DNA of 64,000 nt from a virus, in IMG/VR virus record IMGVR_UViG_3300042261_002391, positions 1 to 64,000 of that record. One strand, written 5' to 3'. Below the pieces are notes generated by a model. The model searched no databases and was not told where the DNA came from. It saw only the letters and a program-made list of their open reading frames with translations. The stretch's first letter is position 1, and each line of letters starts with the position of its first letter. The position numbers and the translations under genes were made by a program. Shown here piece by piece: positions 11,118-22,530 of this stretch.

Positions 11118-11864
11118 TTATTTAAAACTGAATTTCTTTGGTATATGAAATTCAACTGAATAACCGTTTACTACTCCACCAACTCTGAACGTATGTAAAT
11201 TATACTCTTTCATTCGCAGCACTGAATGCTTAGGAATGTATTTTAATGGTGTATAGAACACATTCAAAACTTTAACTCCAAACGGTATTTTAACCTTTTC
11301 ATCTTTTTCATCTACTGCAACCACCCAAAGTTTACGTTTGAATTGTTTAACTACGTGTTTGCTGTTATCACGTTTGAGACGAATAGTCTGATAGAAATGC
11401 CTTTGTTCTGCATCTTCAAGCGTGATGTATTGGCGTTTAAACATCGCAATTCTTTCTTTATCTTTAGGATTGCCTAGTTTTTCCCAGAACTCAACCATAT
11501 CTTTGACCTTAACCAAATGAAACCTACCTATACCTTTAAAATTGTCAGCAGATACCTCGCCAGTCTCATAGTATTTGTCAACAGCTTCCTGTGTTCCAAA
11601 GCAACCGTGATAGTTAAGTGTTATTTCTTTTTCTTGTTCAGACATACTTTTGTCAGCAAGAATCTCGCTTCTTGTGCGCATATATGCACCTGATGATTCA
11701 TAAGCACGCCAGTCCAAGTTTTTAGTTAAAATCCTTATTGGATTGTCACAATCTTCGTTACGCATCTTAACCAGCCTCGCAGAATAGCCATAAGACAAAG
11801 CTTTGCGTAAATCGTTTAATGCTGCAAGATAATTTGTTTTCGGTGTGCTCCAATTCGTTTTCAT
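11118..11864 (-). CDS. Hypothetical protein
   Basis: 248-aa ORF behind an ECF-type promoter. Confidence 0.75.
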   Translation of the reverse strand: MKTNWSTPKTNYLAALNDLRKALSYGYSARLVKMRNEDCDNPIRILTKNLDWRAYESSGAYMRTRSEILADKSMSEQEKEITLNYHGCFGTQEAVDKYYETGEVSADNFKGIGRFHLVKVKDMVEFWEKLGNPKDKERIAMFKRQYITLEDAEQRHFYQTIRLKRDNSKHVVKQFKRKLWVVAVDEKDEKVKIPFGVKVLNVFYTPLKYIPKHSVLRMKEYNLHTFRVGGVVNGYSVEFHIPKKFSFK

Positions 11865-11915
11865 TGTGTTTGTATTTTGTGGTTATACTTCTTATACGTT
11901 TTGAATCTTGAAAGG

Positions 11916-12332
11916 TTACAAATTTTCTTGTTTATTGTACCATTCAATAAACTCTACACAGGCAAGCCAAGCTGCCTCAATCACTGTTCTATCTTTTATA
12001 TAATATGTTTTTGAATATAAAAAACCCTCATCCTTTAACATATTTATGAGTGTCAATGAATAACGAATTGAAACATGACTATGGAATACTTCTACTTTTT
12101 CAAGCATACCATTTAAATTAATTTCAACATCTGCTCCAAGTGTTTTAATCTTTTCGAGAACTGGCAATAACCAATCTAAAGATGAATGGTATTTAAGCTC
12201 AGATACGTGTGGAACATATTTTACTGTTGGACTAGATTGCGATGCATAACTTCTTTCATGAAACGCTTTGTCCATTAATTTAGCAATATCCTTATTTCCG
12301 TTGATTATTTGTTCCGGTGTTAGAGTTGTCAT
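11916..12332 (-). CDS. Phage protein with YHxSxDWL motif (ABA-sandwich-like), paralogue of 20572..20958
   Basis: ELKYHSSLDWLLPVLEKI...FIEWYN versus ELKFHISWDWLNTAIEGI...FIDWYN. Confidence 0.65.
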   Translation of the reverse strand: MTTLTPEQIINGNKDIAKLMDKAFHERSYASQSSPTVKYVPHVSELKYHSSLDWLLPVLEKIKTLGADVEINLNGMLEKVEVFHSHVSIRYSLTLINMLKDEGFLYSKTYYIKDRTVIEAAWLACVEFIEWYNKQENL

Positions 12333-12474
12333 TGTGTTTGAATTTGAGGTTATGATGTGAGAAGATGTCAATTCACCATATTTGAAACTAACGAGGTTTC
12401 CCATGTTTTTATTGCTCTGCACAAACTTAAACTATTCTCACAATATCTTATACGTTTTGTTGCCGGAAAGGTTA

Positions 12475-12921
12475 CAAAAAAGAATGGTGCTCTATAATTA
12501 TCGCAACTCGGACGTATTCCGCTTCACAATAAAAAAGAGCACCATTCACATTCAGTCGTCATGGTTGGACGTACAACCTCTGAATGACCATTGCCGATTG
12601 GAGTGTCACTGTCACTGTACCCAGTTCGTTACGCTGGCTCTGGAGGGTTGCTCCCATGTTACTATACACCAATACAGCTATGTTTCTCCCGAACTTAATC
12701 GATTTCAACGGTTGGATTTCTCGCACTGGCATAGTTACTCGAAAACTTTTCAAACCCTGAACATTCCATGCGCATAGTTTGTTCTGAGGTATCGGGATTC
12801 ACGACCATTATTCGCCTTCATACTAGAATATATACTTTCATCTCCGTTCTTCTTATGCATCTTCCAAACTTTGAATCCGGCAACGCCTAGTTTACTAACT
12901 ACCCGAATTTCCTACCAGCAT
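12475..12921 (-). ncRNA. Candidate structured RNA of about 440 nt downstream of the tRNA-like element
   Basis: GC-richer than flanks, no credible ORF, ends in a GAATGGTGCTCT/AGAGCACCATTC stem plus U-tract. Confidence 0.4.
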
Positions 12922-12930
12922 TTAATTTTG

Positions 12931-13052
12931 TGGGCGCAGAAGGATTCGAACCTCCAACTCAATCCTAATCATGTTAACCTAATTAAGACCGAGATACTAA
13001 CAACCAAAGTGCACTGTCATTAGTGTGCGTTTACCAATTCCGCTATGAACCC
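12931..13052 (-). ncRNA. tRNA-like RNA (122 nt) with elongated anticodon and variable arms
   Basis: Acceptor GGGTTCA/TGCGCCC, Leu-type D arm GCGGAATTGGTAAACGC, T arm GGAGG-TTCGAAT-CCTTC; 9-bp and 14-bp inserted stems; own promoter at 13066-13093. Confidence 0.75.
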
Positions 13053-13072
13053 AAATTATACTTCTTATACGT

Positions 13073-13438
13073 TTAAGCTATTAAAAGGTTACAATGACTA
13101 TTAACTTTTTTTGGTTTATATATCATTTTACCTTCCTTATCATTCTTAATTAAAAAGAAATTATGTTTGCCGTAGAAGCCATACAATTTCTTTAGTTCTA
13201 ATCCATGTGCATTGGTAACGTGTAAAATGATTCGAACATTATGTATCTCAGCGTACTTAATAATCTCGGACAATACTGCTGAACCATAACCTTTATTTCT
13301 TTGTGATTTTTTGATGACAATTGATTGTAAACATATGTACAATCCCTGTTCATCCGTACATTGAGATAGATTCAATTCCTGAATCTTGTTTTTGAACTTG
13401 TCCTTTTTTAAATAAGAACTGAATACATCTATATCCAT
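13073..13438 (-). CDS. GNAT-family acetyltransferase-like protein
   Basis: IVIKKSQRNKGYGS motif A and FYGKHNF; GTATTTAT upstream. Confidence 0.7.
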   Translation of the reverse strand: MDIDVFSSYLKKDKFKNKIQELNLSQCTDEQGLYICLQSIVIKKSQRNKGYGSAVLSEIIKYAEIHNVRIILHVTNAHGLELKKLYGFYGKHNFFLIKNDKEGKMIYKPKKVNSHCNLLIA

Positions 13439-13494
13439 AAAAAAAGGTTTAGTATAAATACCAAACCTTTTACTTTATATTATGTACATTGATG

Positions 13495-14415
13495 CTAATG
13501 TAACGGATTGCCTTCGAACATTAGCGTAGGTTCTTCAACATCACCATCCATGATAGCCAACAATTTCCATTTCTTGCTATTAGCAATCATTTCAATTGCC
13601 TGAGTACGATTGTACAAACAGAATGATGCGTCCATTTTTGGATGAATGTTGTTATCAGAATCAACAACCTGAAAGCCAACAAGATTTTCAGATGATATAA
13701 ACACACCATGTTCTTCACAGTCGTCACACCAAAAATCGTTACCATCATCACCTTCCGGATAATCAACAAACTTGTTGTTTTCATTTGGACGAGTCCAAGC
13801 TTTTTGCTGAACATTCTTGCTACCACAATGAGGGCAAACCCGATATGTTTTTTTAGATTGTGGGAATCGCTGATTGTAAATTTTCTCACAGTAGGTTTCG
13901 ATTTCATAACCATAATCATACATGCTTACATCATATGTTAAGTTACCATTCTCATCACGGGAAAACGAATCGGGATTTGAAGCCAAATCATTCAGAATTG
14001 TATCTCTGATGATTATCTTAATGATATCTGCGTGTGACTTATCATCAACAATTGATTCGATAAATTCTTTAGACATGGTTTCATTATCATACAAGGACGA
14101 ACCCTCAATATGCATTGAAAAGATGATATCAGCATTTGCATTGGCAAATATATCATACTCACTTTCAGTTGGTTCTTCACCATCATCAGATAGATTGAAT
14201 ACGAGTTTCTCATCAATACCCATTTCTTCTACGGCAAAGTCTTGCAAGGCATCAATTAAGTTTAATATGCCTTCAATATGTTTCAATCTTTCTTTGATAA
14301 CTATTGCTTCTTTAGGGTAATCATTATCATACTCTGAAATTACAGCAATCAGTGATTGTTTCTGTTCTTTCAACAGTTCCCAATTAATGTTCTGAATGAA
14401 TACAGGTACTTCCAT
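13495..14415 (-). CDS. Acidic mosaic hypothetical protein with zinc ribbon
   Basis: CPHCGS...WCDDCE; ends in TAG. Confidence 0.65.
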   Translation of the reverse strand: MEVPVFIQNINWELLKEQKQSLIAVISEYDNDYPKEAIVIKERLKHIEGILNLIDALQDFAVEEMGIDEKLVFNLSDDGEEPTESEYDIFANANADIIFSMHIEGSSLYDNETMSKEFIESIVDDKSHADIIKIIIRDTILNDLASNPDSFSRDENGNLTYDVSMYDYGYEIETYCEKIYNQRFPQSKKTYRVCPHCGSKNVQQKAWTRPNENNKFVDYPEGDDGNDFWCDDCEEHGVFISSENLVGFQVVDSDNNIHPKMDASFCLYNRTQAIEMIANSKKWKLLAIMDGDVEEPTLMFEGNPLH

Positions 14416-14826
14416 GTTGTTGTGTTTTAAGTGGTTAAAGCCATTCAATTACTTTCGAATAGAATCTCATTTGGTTTTTGTTTTCCTCTGGATTCTTAGC
14501 CAGCTCATCATAAGCTACTTTAGCATCAGCTTTGAATTCTTCTTTGGTTTGATGTTTGCTGATGTGACGGTCAAAAAATGACTGGATTGTTTTTTTGGTA
14601 ATGTAAACTTTTCTCATTATAATATTTTTAATTAAAAGATTTGTTCTTCATCAACACCATTCAACAATTGTTCTAAATCGTTGATTGTTAATTCTTCGAG
14701 GGCTTCTAGTGTTTCCTCATCGTGTTCCTCGCCATCATATTTTGCGAGAATCTGATTAATTAGGTCTTGTCGTTGGCTCATCGTATTAGTTTTATTAATT
14801 ATACTTCTTATACGTTTTAAATTCAA

Positions 14827-15483
14827 TTAGGTTACAGGCTGTTGTAAATAATCTGCAATAGCTTGTTCTTCTTCATTGTACAATGGATATAACTTAGGAA
14901 TCCAAACTTTGTTGGTATCTTCCCAAAAGTATGCTTCGCACATTGCATCATTAGCATTCTCCGAATCTGCATCGAGTTCAAGCTCAATAAATACTTCTTC
15001 TTCGCTTCTACCCCATTTCTTGATGAATGCCATAACTTTTGGGTAAGAGAAGTCAAACACCACATCTGCATCATCTTCTTCTTCCGGAGTTAAATCATCT
15101 TCCCAAATAGGCATTGAGTCAATATTTTCGTTTTGATTGTAAACATCAACAATAAAGCCATCATCATTTTTAATTAAAAACACATTGCCGTTTTTGCCAG
15201 CATGAATTTGAATTTGTTCACGTTGAAGTTCTTCATCGTAGCCTTGAGCAACAATTTCGAAATACAGATTTTCTTTCGGTTGTACATTGGCAATAGACTT
15301 GCTTTCAATCCATCTGCGGAATGCGATTGTAACGTCTTCAGAAGTCCAATTAACGGCATCAGCAGTTTCGTTAATATCTTCAAGACAATAATCAACAATT
15401 TCATCAAAATTTGAAGGAGTGTCCATTCTGTTGAAGTGCATTTCGGTTAATAATGCAGCAACTTCTAATCTTTTCTTTTCCAT
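14827..15483 (-). CDS. Acidic hypothetical protein
   Basis: 218-aa ORF behind an ECF-type promoter. Confidence 0.7.
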   Translation of the reverse strand: MEKKRLEVAALLTEMHFNRMDTPSNFDEIVDYCLEDINETADAVNWTSEDVTIAFRRWIESKSIANVQPKENLYFEIVAQGYDEELQREQIQIHAGKNGNVFLIKNDDGFIVDVYNQNENIDSMPIWEDDLTPEEEDDADVVFDFSYPKVMAFIKKWGRSEEEVFIELELDADSENANDAMCEAYFWEDTNKVWIPKLYPLYNEEEQAIADYLQQPVT

Positions 15484-16299
15484 TGTGTTTATTTTTTTGG
15501 TTATAGTACATTATACGTTAAAGCCTCCCGATTTGTTACAATCAGGAGGCAGTTATTTGTACATTACGATTTATTTGCTCTACGTTTAGCAAACATTTCA
15601 TTCAATGCTTTTCGTTGAGCAATTTTTTCAAGTACTTCTTTCTTGGTTAACAAGTGAACATATTGAAATGTCCATGCATCATCAATTGGAAGATGAATAA
15701 GTCTAACGGGTTTTAAATCAAAAACCATGTACATTGCTTTGCCGTCAGCAACAGGAAAATCAATTATCTCCCCAACGTGTTCGCCCACCCATCCTAATTT
15801 AATCACGTGATTTTTTACCTGCTCAATGAACGCTTCAATCTTCTTTGTGTGTTCAGCATAATTGTAGTTAGCGAAATTAATCTGAGGCACTTCAATACCT
15901 TCCGGAACATTATAAACTTTTGCTGCCATAATCTTGAATTTTAAATAGTTAATAATTAAATGGTATTAACTTATACGTTTGTACATTGGCATTTGTTACA
16001 CTAAATCAGGATATATTTCACCTAATGCATCTTCAATCATATCACGAGCAGTATCGACATCATTATCTTCAACAAATTGTGATGTGTATGAAGCAATTGT
16101 ATATATTGTTTCAGGGTCACCATCTGAGAAGTCGCTATCTTCGTCAATTTCTTTTAATAGCTTTCCTTTAACATTCTTTTCTCTTGCTACATTAATAGCT
16201 GACCTTATTGCTAATTCTGTTGTGTACATAGTAGTTATATTTTTAATTAAAAACATATGCGGTGAATATTGTGTACATTCACCGCATAGTTTGCGGTGA

Positions 16300-16839
16300 T
16301 TAAATCACCACACCGTATTTTTCAAGGTTAGTATTCAGGATAACAATCTCATTTGTACAATGCTTGCGTTTAATTTGATTAACAAGTGTTTGCAGTACAT
16401 TGGTTGAAAACGTGAACAATGGCTGTTTGTAGTTATAGAAACTATATTGCAAACCGTCAGGTGCACCGAACAATATACAGGTTTCCATGAGTTTCTGCAT
16501 TTTCTTTTTATGCTTTTCATTTTCAAGTTCGAGAAGTAAGTCATTAACATAGACCTCCAAATCAACTTTAATTTTGAACGTTTCTCCTTTGGTAAGACTG
16601 CTAGGCAGTTCTTTCTCCGGCAATGTAGCAACATAATCATTAAGCAATTTAATTTGCTCTATTACCTTTTCAGTGTTCTTTTCAAAAATGTTTGGCTGAA
16701 AATCCATTTGACCACCATCACCGGAATCAATAATGAAATAACAAAACACTCCATTAATGTACATATCAGCATTTAAGCCAATACCTTCCATACCCCGAAA
16801 CGTTTTGATTTTTTTGAATGTTACTTTTGGTTCTTTCAT
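16300..16839 (-). CDS. Hypothetical protein
   Basis: 179-aa ORF with DSGDGG motif. Confidence 0.7.
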   Translation of the reverse strand: MKEPKVTFKKIKTFRGMEGIGLNADMYINGVFCYFIIDSGDGGQMDFQPNIFEKNTEKVIEQIKLLNDYVATLPEKELPSSLTKGETFKIKVDLEVYVNDLLLELENEKHKKKMQKLMETCILFGAPDGLQYSFYNYKQPLFTFSTNVLQTLVNQIKRKHCTNEIVILNTNLEKYGVVI

Positions 16840-17207
16840 AATAGTTTTTATTTAAAAATGTTTAATCTAATTGGTTAATGATATCAATCAAATCAATTAT
16901 TGTGCAATCGGCATAAAGAGAGTTATGATAGCCTTCTTTATCTAAGAATGTTAACCTATCATTAATGATAACTAATTCCTTATAACCAAATATATTTACC
17001 GGAATGCAGTTTTCGTTAATGTGTTTAGATTCAACTTTGCTTTCCTCAATTGCTTTTTTTAATGCAAGTTCAACATCAGCTTCAAGCTGGTCGTATCTTT
17101 CGCTAAAATTTTGCTTTGCCATTGTGTTTAATTTTGTGGTTATAACTCTTATACGTTTTAAATTAAGAAAGGTTACAGAAATCAATCTATAACCTTTCTA
17201 TTATTGT

Positions 17208-18020
17208 TTAATACCCACACCTTTCATCTGTGGGTTGAACAACAAATACGCTGTTCTTAATTGCGTCATTATTGGCTTTATTTGCAATCTTTTTCCATTT
17301 CAAGCCTATGATAACACCTTTGCCGTCATTTGGTCTAAAATCGGTTAAATCACCATTTAAAACCGGATATTCCATAAACGATTTGGGTAGTTCAGTTTCT
17401 TTCTTGATGTTGAATACAACAGCAATATTAAAACCTCTATCCAATAACTTTTTGCAAGTTTCAGTATTTCTGCCTGAATAGCTGAAAGTCAGATGATAGT
17501 TTGCAGCTTTGTGAGCGAACTTTGCCGGATTTTTGGTATAATCATAAAAACTAACTTCGGGAAAGTGTTCAAAGATATTCTTTCCGTTAAAGGTTTCGTT
17601 CTGCCAATCAATATCAGACGTACCATTGAGACGAACAGAAAAATCAAAACCCAGTTTTTTTGCCTTGGCTTGTTTCAGCTTAATATCAGCTACAAGCCAT
17701 GCCATAAAAAACAGATTGTTTTCGTAGAACAATTTTGTCTTATTAATACGTGACATTTTAATTCTGTCACTCTTATTGGATATGATTTCCATTCCGGCAT
17801 GACCGGAAGTAGCTAAACAACCTAAACGGCATTCAGGAGTTGAATTAGGGCATACATTATAGCCTGATTCCATTGCCGGAGCAAGGTACAAAATGTAAGT
17901 AAGGTTATTCGAAACCTTTTGGTTTTTAATCAATTTAGCTGATGTGTTAACACCACCTAAATATGCAAAACCTGTCTGTTTGATTGCGTTACCTACAGTT
18001 GAGAAAATTAAATCGTTCAT
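17208..18020 (-). CDS. Phage Gp88-like protein
   Basis: NVCP...CRLGCL..SG, VRLNGTSD, FYDYTK, YHLTFS and GDLTDFRP motifs. Confidence 0.75.
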   Translation of the reverse strand: MNDLIFSTVGNAIKQTGFAYLGGVNTSAKLIKNQKVSNNLTYILYLAPAMESGYNVCPNSTPECRLGCLATSGHAGMEIISNKSDRIKMSRINKTKLFYENNLFFMAWLVADIKLKQAKAKKLGFDFSVRLNGTSDIDWQNETFNGKNIFEHFPEVSFYDYTKNPAKFAHKAANYHLTFSYSGRNTETCKKLLDRGFNIAVVFNIKKETELPKSFMEYPVLNGDLTDFRPNDGKGVIIGLKWKKIANKANNDAIKNSVFVVQPTDERCGY

Positions 18021-18516
18021 GTGTCAAAAGTTAAATGGTTATGATTCTTATACGTTTCTTATTTAAAAAGGTTACAACAAAGATAAACATTTTTAATTAA
18101 AAAACTATTTCTTACTTTTCTTTTTTGGCACGTATGAGAATGTTTCAGTTTGAGGTTCTTTAGGTTTAATATATTTAGCTTCTCTTTGTTTAGCTAAATG
18201 CTTTCTATTGGATGAGTATATTGTTGGCATATTATTGTTCTATGTATTCTGGGAATGCTTGTTTCAGTTTAGCTATCGAATAACCATGATGCCAATATAA
18301 AAAATATAAATAACGTTTCATAGTATCATTACATCTATTTGTAAGCTTCAAATCATCAAACGTTTCAACTTTTGGCTTAACCTCTTTGGTCATTTTGCTA
18401 GGGTCAATTATAATGCAAATCATATTGTGTTATTTATTGGTTGTACTTCTTATACGTTCTTAAATAAAAATAGTTACAGTGTGGTTTTATTTAGAATGAT
18501 TCTAAGTTTAGAGTTT

Positions 18517-18557
18517 AGGGCAGGAGTGGATTACTGCACCCTAGTGTTACCCAGCCT
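18517..18557 (-). ncRNA. Putative small structured RNA
   Basis: AGGCTGGGTAACACTAGGGTGCAGTAATCCACTCCTGCC directly after promoter 18566-18593; near-identical copy at 25888-25928. Confidence 0.55.
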
Positions 18558-19810
18558 ATACTACTTATACGTTCTTAAATAAAAAAGGTTACATTTCTGC
18601 AACCTTTATTTCATCAAACCAACATCGCCATATCTCAAGGTCGATTATTAAATCTCTGGCGTATCCTGAAATGCTGTTAATGCTTGATATAGATTAATTT
18701 TGTCACGGTTTAACCAACCTCTACACCATTTCTTAGATGGTCTGCGCAGTCTTTCTATTTCAGGGAATAATACATCCCACCTGCCGTTATCTTTTATGTT
18801 TTAATTGTTTATGCAACCACTTCAATTCTTTTTTGGTGAGTAATCGGTGAAATCTTTCGCCTTTATGACCTTCCATATAGTTATTGAAGTATTCAACAAA
18901 TTCTTCCTCAGAAAATACACCATGACAATAATAGATGCCGTTCAATACAATTACCTCGCCTTTATTATCTTCGAATTTAACGTATGGTAAACCATCACAA
19001 TTGTAAATTCTACCAACAAATGAAATGCGTTTTTCAAGCCAAAAACCCGGGTTTGCTGATTTTGTAATATCAACATCTTTCATGTTTTCAGTTAATTGGA
19101 TAATCCAACTACCTGTAACTTCCGATATTGAATCTAAGGTTAAAATTTCTTTCATGTTAATATGTGTTATTGGTTATACTACTTATACGTTTTTGATTAA
19201 AAAAGGTTACATTTCTGCAACCTTTTTTATTATTCTTCCATTGTTTCAGCATAGCAATCTGAATAGTACTTTTCCATGATTTCAGCCACCTGACAAATGA
19301 TATCAAACGATAGTTTTTCATAAGGCAATTCGTGACTTGAAATATGCTGTTCACCAGCATAGAAATCAATAACAACACCATCACGTTGATATCCCTCAAT
19401 CAACTGCGATTGGTTTAGTTTGCCGTTTCCAAAAGATTGAATACATGGCGAAGCATTGAGTTTTAACTCTGATGAGGTAGTTTCACCCCATTCGTCAATA
19501 ATGGCTTTGATTCGTTTGATTTTGAAACTAGCTTCATATTCCAAAACACCATTCAATCTTTCAATCATTGCCGGAATGCTGTCGATTGGGACGTTAATAG
19601 CACAATTTGATAAATGACCTTTAGAGTTGATTGGTTCAAGCTGAATCGTGTTCATGTTGCGTGTAAAACCAATACCCTTTTGTTTACCCATTCCGTTTCT
19701 ACCAATGTAGTAGGTTTCTTCGGTGAAAATTAAATCTTTTACCATTGTTTCAATATTTAAGGTTTGTACTTCTTATACGTTTTTAATTAGAAAAGGTTAC
19801 AGATATAAAC

Positions 19811-19842
19811 AAAAAAAACCGCACCATATTTAGTGCGGTTTT
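19811..19842 (-). terminator. Intrinsic terminator
   Basis: AAAACCGCAC-TAAATATG-GTGCGGTTTT followed by U-tract. Confidence 0.8.
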
Positions 19843-20240
19843 CATTTACTACGGGTTATCAGGTAAGAGGCGATATTTGACCGCATTGCCCATAATTGGC
19901 AGCAGATTTCCGGCTATCGTACTGCTCTTGGCTGGCGGTTCTCGGCATTCGGTGGTCGGCGATTTCTCGGCGACCCCATTCATAGTTGTCAGCGATTTCT
20001 CGGTGACTAGTGCCTCGGTGTTCCCGTAGATTTTTTCAGGTTATTTAATAAGTATAATATATATCTTTACCTCTAGGGCGAATCTCTTGTTTTCATAATA
20101 CGCAACTTTAGCGAGTTCATTACTTTCTATAATATTAAGTTTTTTTACGTTCGTTTACCCATCAGGGTCGGTCTCTTGTTCTCATACCTTCCGGTTTTAG
20201 TGTGTTCTTAACTCCTTAATATTTATCTCTGCGCACCCTT
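19843..20240 (-). ncRNA. Candidate ncRNA of about 400 nt with repeated GAAA hairpins and two 7-codon mini-ORFs
   Basis: Bounded by promoter 20250-20277 and terminator; no long ORF. Confidence 0.6.
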
Positions 20241-20571
20241 TGTACTTCTTATACGTTTGGGTTTCGAAAAGGTTACTTTTTTCTCATAACTATTCATCTT
20301 TAAATTTAACAATTTCATACGCTCTCTCAACAGCACCAAAAAATATGGCAGGATGAAGAAAGCCATTTTCCATTGATTTAGTAATCGCTTCCTTATCTTT
20401 AATTGTTTTCTCGCAAATTACTATGATTCGTTCTCTGACCATAGCTAAATCTACGTCTGAAAGTTCTTTTACCATTTTGGTTAGAACGTCTCTGTTTGTT
20501 AAATGTTTTTTCTTTGCCATTGTGTTTGAATTTTGTGGTTATACTTCTTATACGTTTTTTAATTAAAAAGG

Positions 20572-20958
20572 TTACAGTTTATTATACCAATCAATGAAAA
20601 TAATAACTGCATCAAGCACTACTTCAAGGTCTGTTGCTGCAAAAACTTTGGATTTCTTTATGATAAGACCATTAGATATTTTATGTAGCATATCTTCAAA
20701 CGATTGAATGAATTCAACGTTTTCATGCTTGTAACCAGCATTATAAAATACAATCTTTTCTTCAATGCCTTCAATGGCAGTATTCAGCCAATCCCAAGAT
20801 ATGTGAAATTTAAGTTCTTCCGGCATTACTTGATATTCATCCCTGTTAAATGCTAGATATCCATTGGCATACCTTGTAGATTTCTCCCATTTTAAAAAAT
20901 CAGCTATCTTAACGTTTATGGCTGTTTTCTCTCCCCAAGTAAGTTTATTTAAATCCAT
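20572..20958 (-). CDS. Phage protein, paralogue of 11916..12332
   Basis: FHISWDWL motif; own promoter. Confidence 0.7.
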   Translation of the reverse strand: MDLNKLTWGEKTAINVKIADFLKWEKSTRYANGYLAFNRDEYQVMPEELKFHISWDWLNTAIEGIEEKIVFYNAGYKHENVEFIQSFEDMLHKISNGLIIKKSKVFAATDLEVVLDAVIIFIDWYNKL

Positions 20959-21312
20959 TGTTGTTGTATTTGCGGTTAATACTTCTTATATGTTTTTAAA
21001 TAAAAAAGGTTACTCTTTTGTGTATGGTTCTTCCCTATAGTTCAATTCTTGTTCTTTTCTTGTTTCAAACCATTGAACACCAACCAAGTCATTATTAAAC
21101 ATATCATCGGTGTCAATTTCTTCTTCCGGCACATCAAAAGTATAGATGCCAAAATGTTTACCGTCATTGTTGTCGGTTTCATCAACACGCTGTTGCTTCC
21201 AATCAACTAATAAATCTACTAGCATAATATTTGATTTTTGTGGTTATACTTCTTATACGTTTTTAAATAAAAAAGGTTACATTTCTGTAACCCTTATTAT
21301 TCAGTACATTGC

Positions 21313-22530
21313 CTAGTACTCAAAAAACTTTTTATTCAGTGCGAACAAATCTTGTTTGAAGTACATTAGAAACATTGTTGGTGTCATTTGTTGCATCTTC
21401 CAACCTAGTTTTAATACACCTTTATGACAATCTCTAATGTATTCGGTAATCAACATTACTTGTTGTTCGTTGATATGAACATTCTCTTTGCCTAAATGAT
21501 GATTCAGGCATCCGGCATAGTTAATATTATTTCCATGTATTTTAACCCAACCATGTTGTTCAAGCCAAGCATCGGGATTAATTTTCATATCATGTTCTTC
21601 GTCACGTTCATTCTCGTACATTGGAATTACATCAGCTTCCTGTAAAGCACTTGCAATTTGATTGTGCAACATATTGGCAATTTCACCGTTCAAGCCATAG
21701 AACTTACAATCCGGACTTAACCAACCTGCTGACCAATTGTCCATAATGTTAACAGGTTCAATGCCTTTGCTGATTGTTTCTTCAATTTCTCTCATGCTTT
21801 CAATGAATGTTGTAATTCTAGCATCACGTTCGTCATTGAACTCGAAGTCCATGTTTAGGGTTTGCTGCATGGTCAACATAATTTCCATGTTATCAGAATA
21901 AACATCGCCTGAATATTCCTGATATTTATTGAAGTTATCGGTATTGTCGAACTCTTTCCAATTAATCATCATCCAACGCATTGTTTTTTCAATCTCGCTT
22001 GTTTTCAGAATGAATGCTTTGGTAACTTCAATAATTTGTTTAATAGATTCAACTTCTTCACTTTCACGATACCTATTCAATAAATCTTTGTCATTTCCGG
22101 CAATGAATTTGAAAACGTCTTCATAATAAACAGTGACCGAAATAACTTTATTATAACGTCGAATCATTCTCTGGACTTCATTCCAACCAACCAAAAGTTG
22201 ATTTCTACCTTTAGTCACTTTTCTGGCTTGTCTTTCCATGAAGTCTAAAACATTAACCTTTGGATAGGTTTTATAATACTCTGGATTTTCATCTGGTGAG
22301 CAAACAACAACTTCCTGTGTTTCGGTATCTACCATAAGCATTAAGTCACCTTTTAAGACTTTTAAAGCCATATCTACCGGAATACCTATAAGACCATCAG
22401 TAATCGTTTTTAATGCCTTAATCGGGTCATTTGCGTAGATTAAATGCTCTTGTGCGATTGTGGTTAATAGCTTTCCAAAATCTTCTCCGATTGTGAAATG
22501 CACTACACCTGATTCTTTTTTTGTTGCCAT
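21313..22530 (-). CDS. Hypothetical protein
   Basis: 405 aa; AGWLSPD...H...WLEQHGWVKI C-terminal motif; ends in TAG. Confidence 0.75.
   Translation of the reverse strand: MATKKESGVVHFTIGEDFGKLLTTIAQEHLIYANDPIKALKTITDGLIGIPVDMALKVLKGDLMLMVDTETQEVVVCSPDENPEYYKTYPKVNVLDFMERQARKVTKGRNQLLVGWNEVQRMIRRYNKVISVTVYYEDVFKFIAGNDKDLLNRYRESEEVESIKQIIEVTKAFILKTSEIEKTMRWMMINWKEFDNTDNFNKYQEYSGDVYSDNMEIMLTMQQTLNMDFEFNDERDARITTFIESMREIEETISKGIEPVNIMDNWSAGWLSPDCKFYGLNGEIANMLHNQIASALQEADVIPMYENERDEEHDMKINPDAWLEQHGWVKIHGNNINYAGCLNHHLGKENVHINEQQVMLITEYIRDCHKGVLKLGWKMQQMTPTMFLMYFKQDLFALNKKFFEY

Noticed and set aside
12382-12777. ORFs 12382..12777(+) and 12559..12753(-)
   Set aside because: TTG starts and atypical composition; the region looks more like structured RNA.
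12895-12921. RNase P RNA (GUAGGAAAUUCGGG resembles the P4 5' strand)
   Set aside because: No matching 3' P4 strand found by eye.
18648-18786. Protein-like frame GRWDVLFPEIERL... after 18787
   Set aside because: No clear start codon; possibly a gene remnant, but unsupported.
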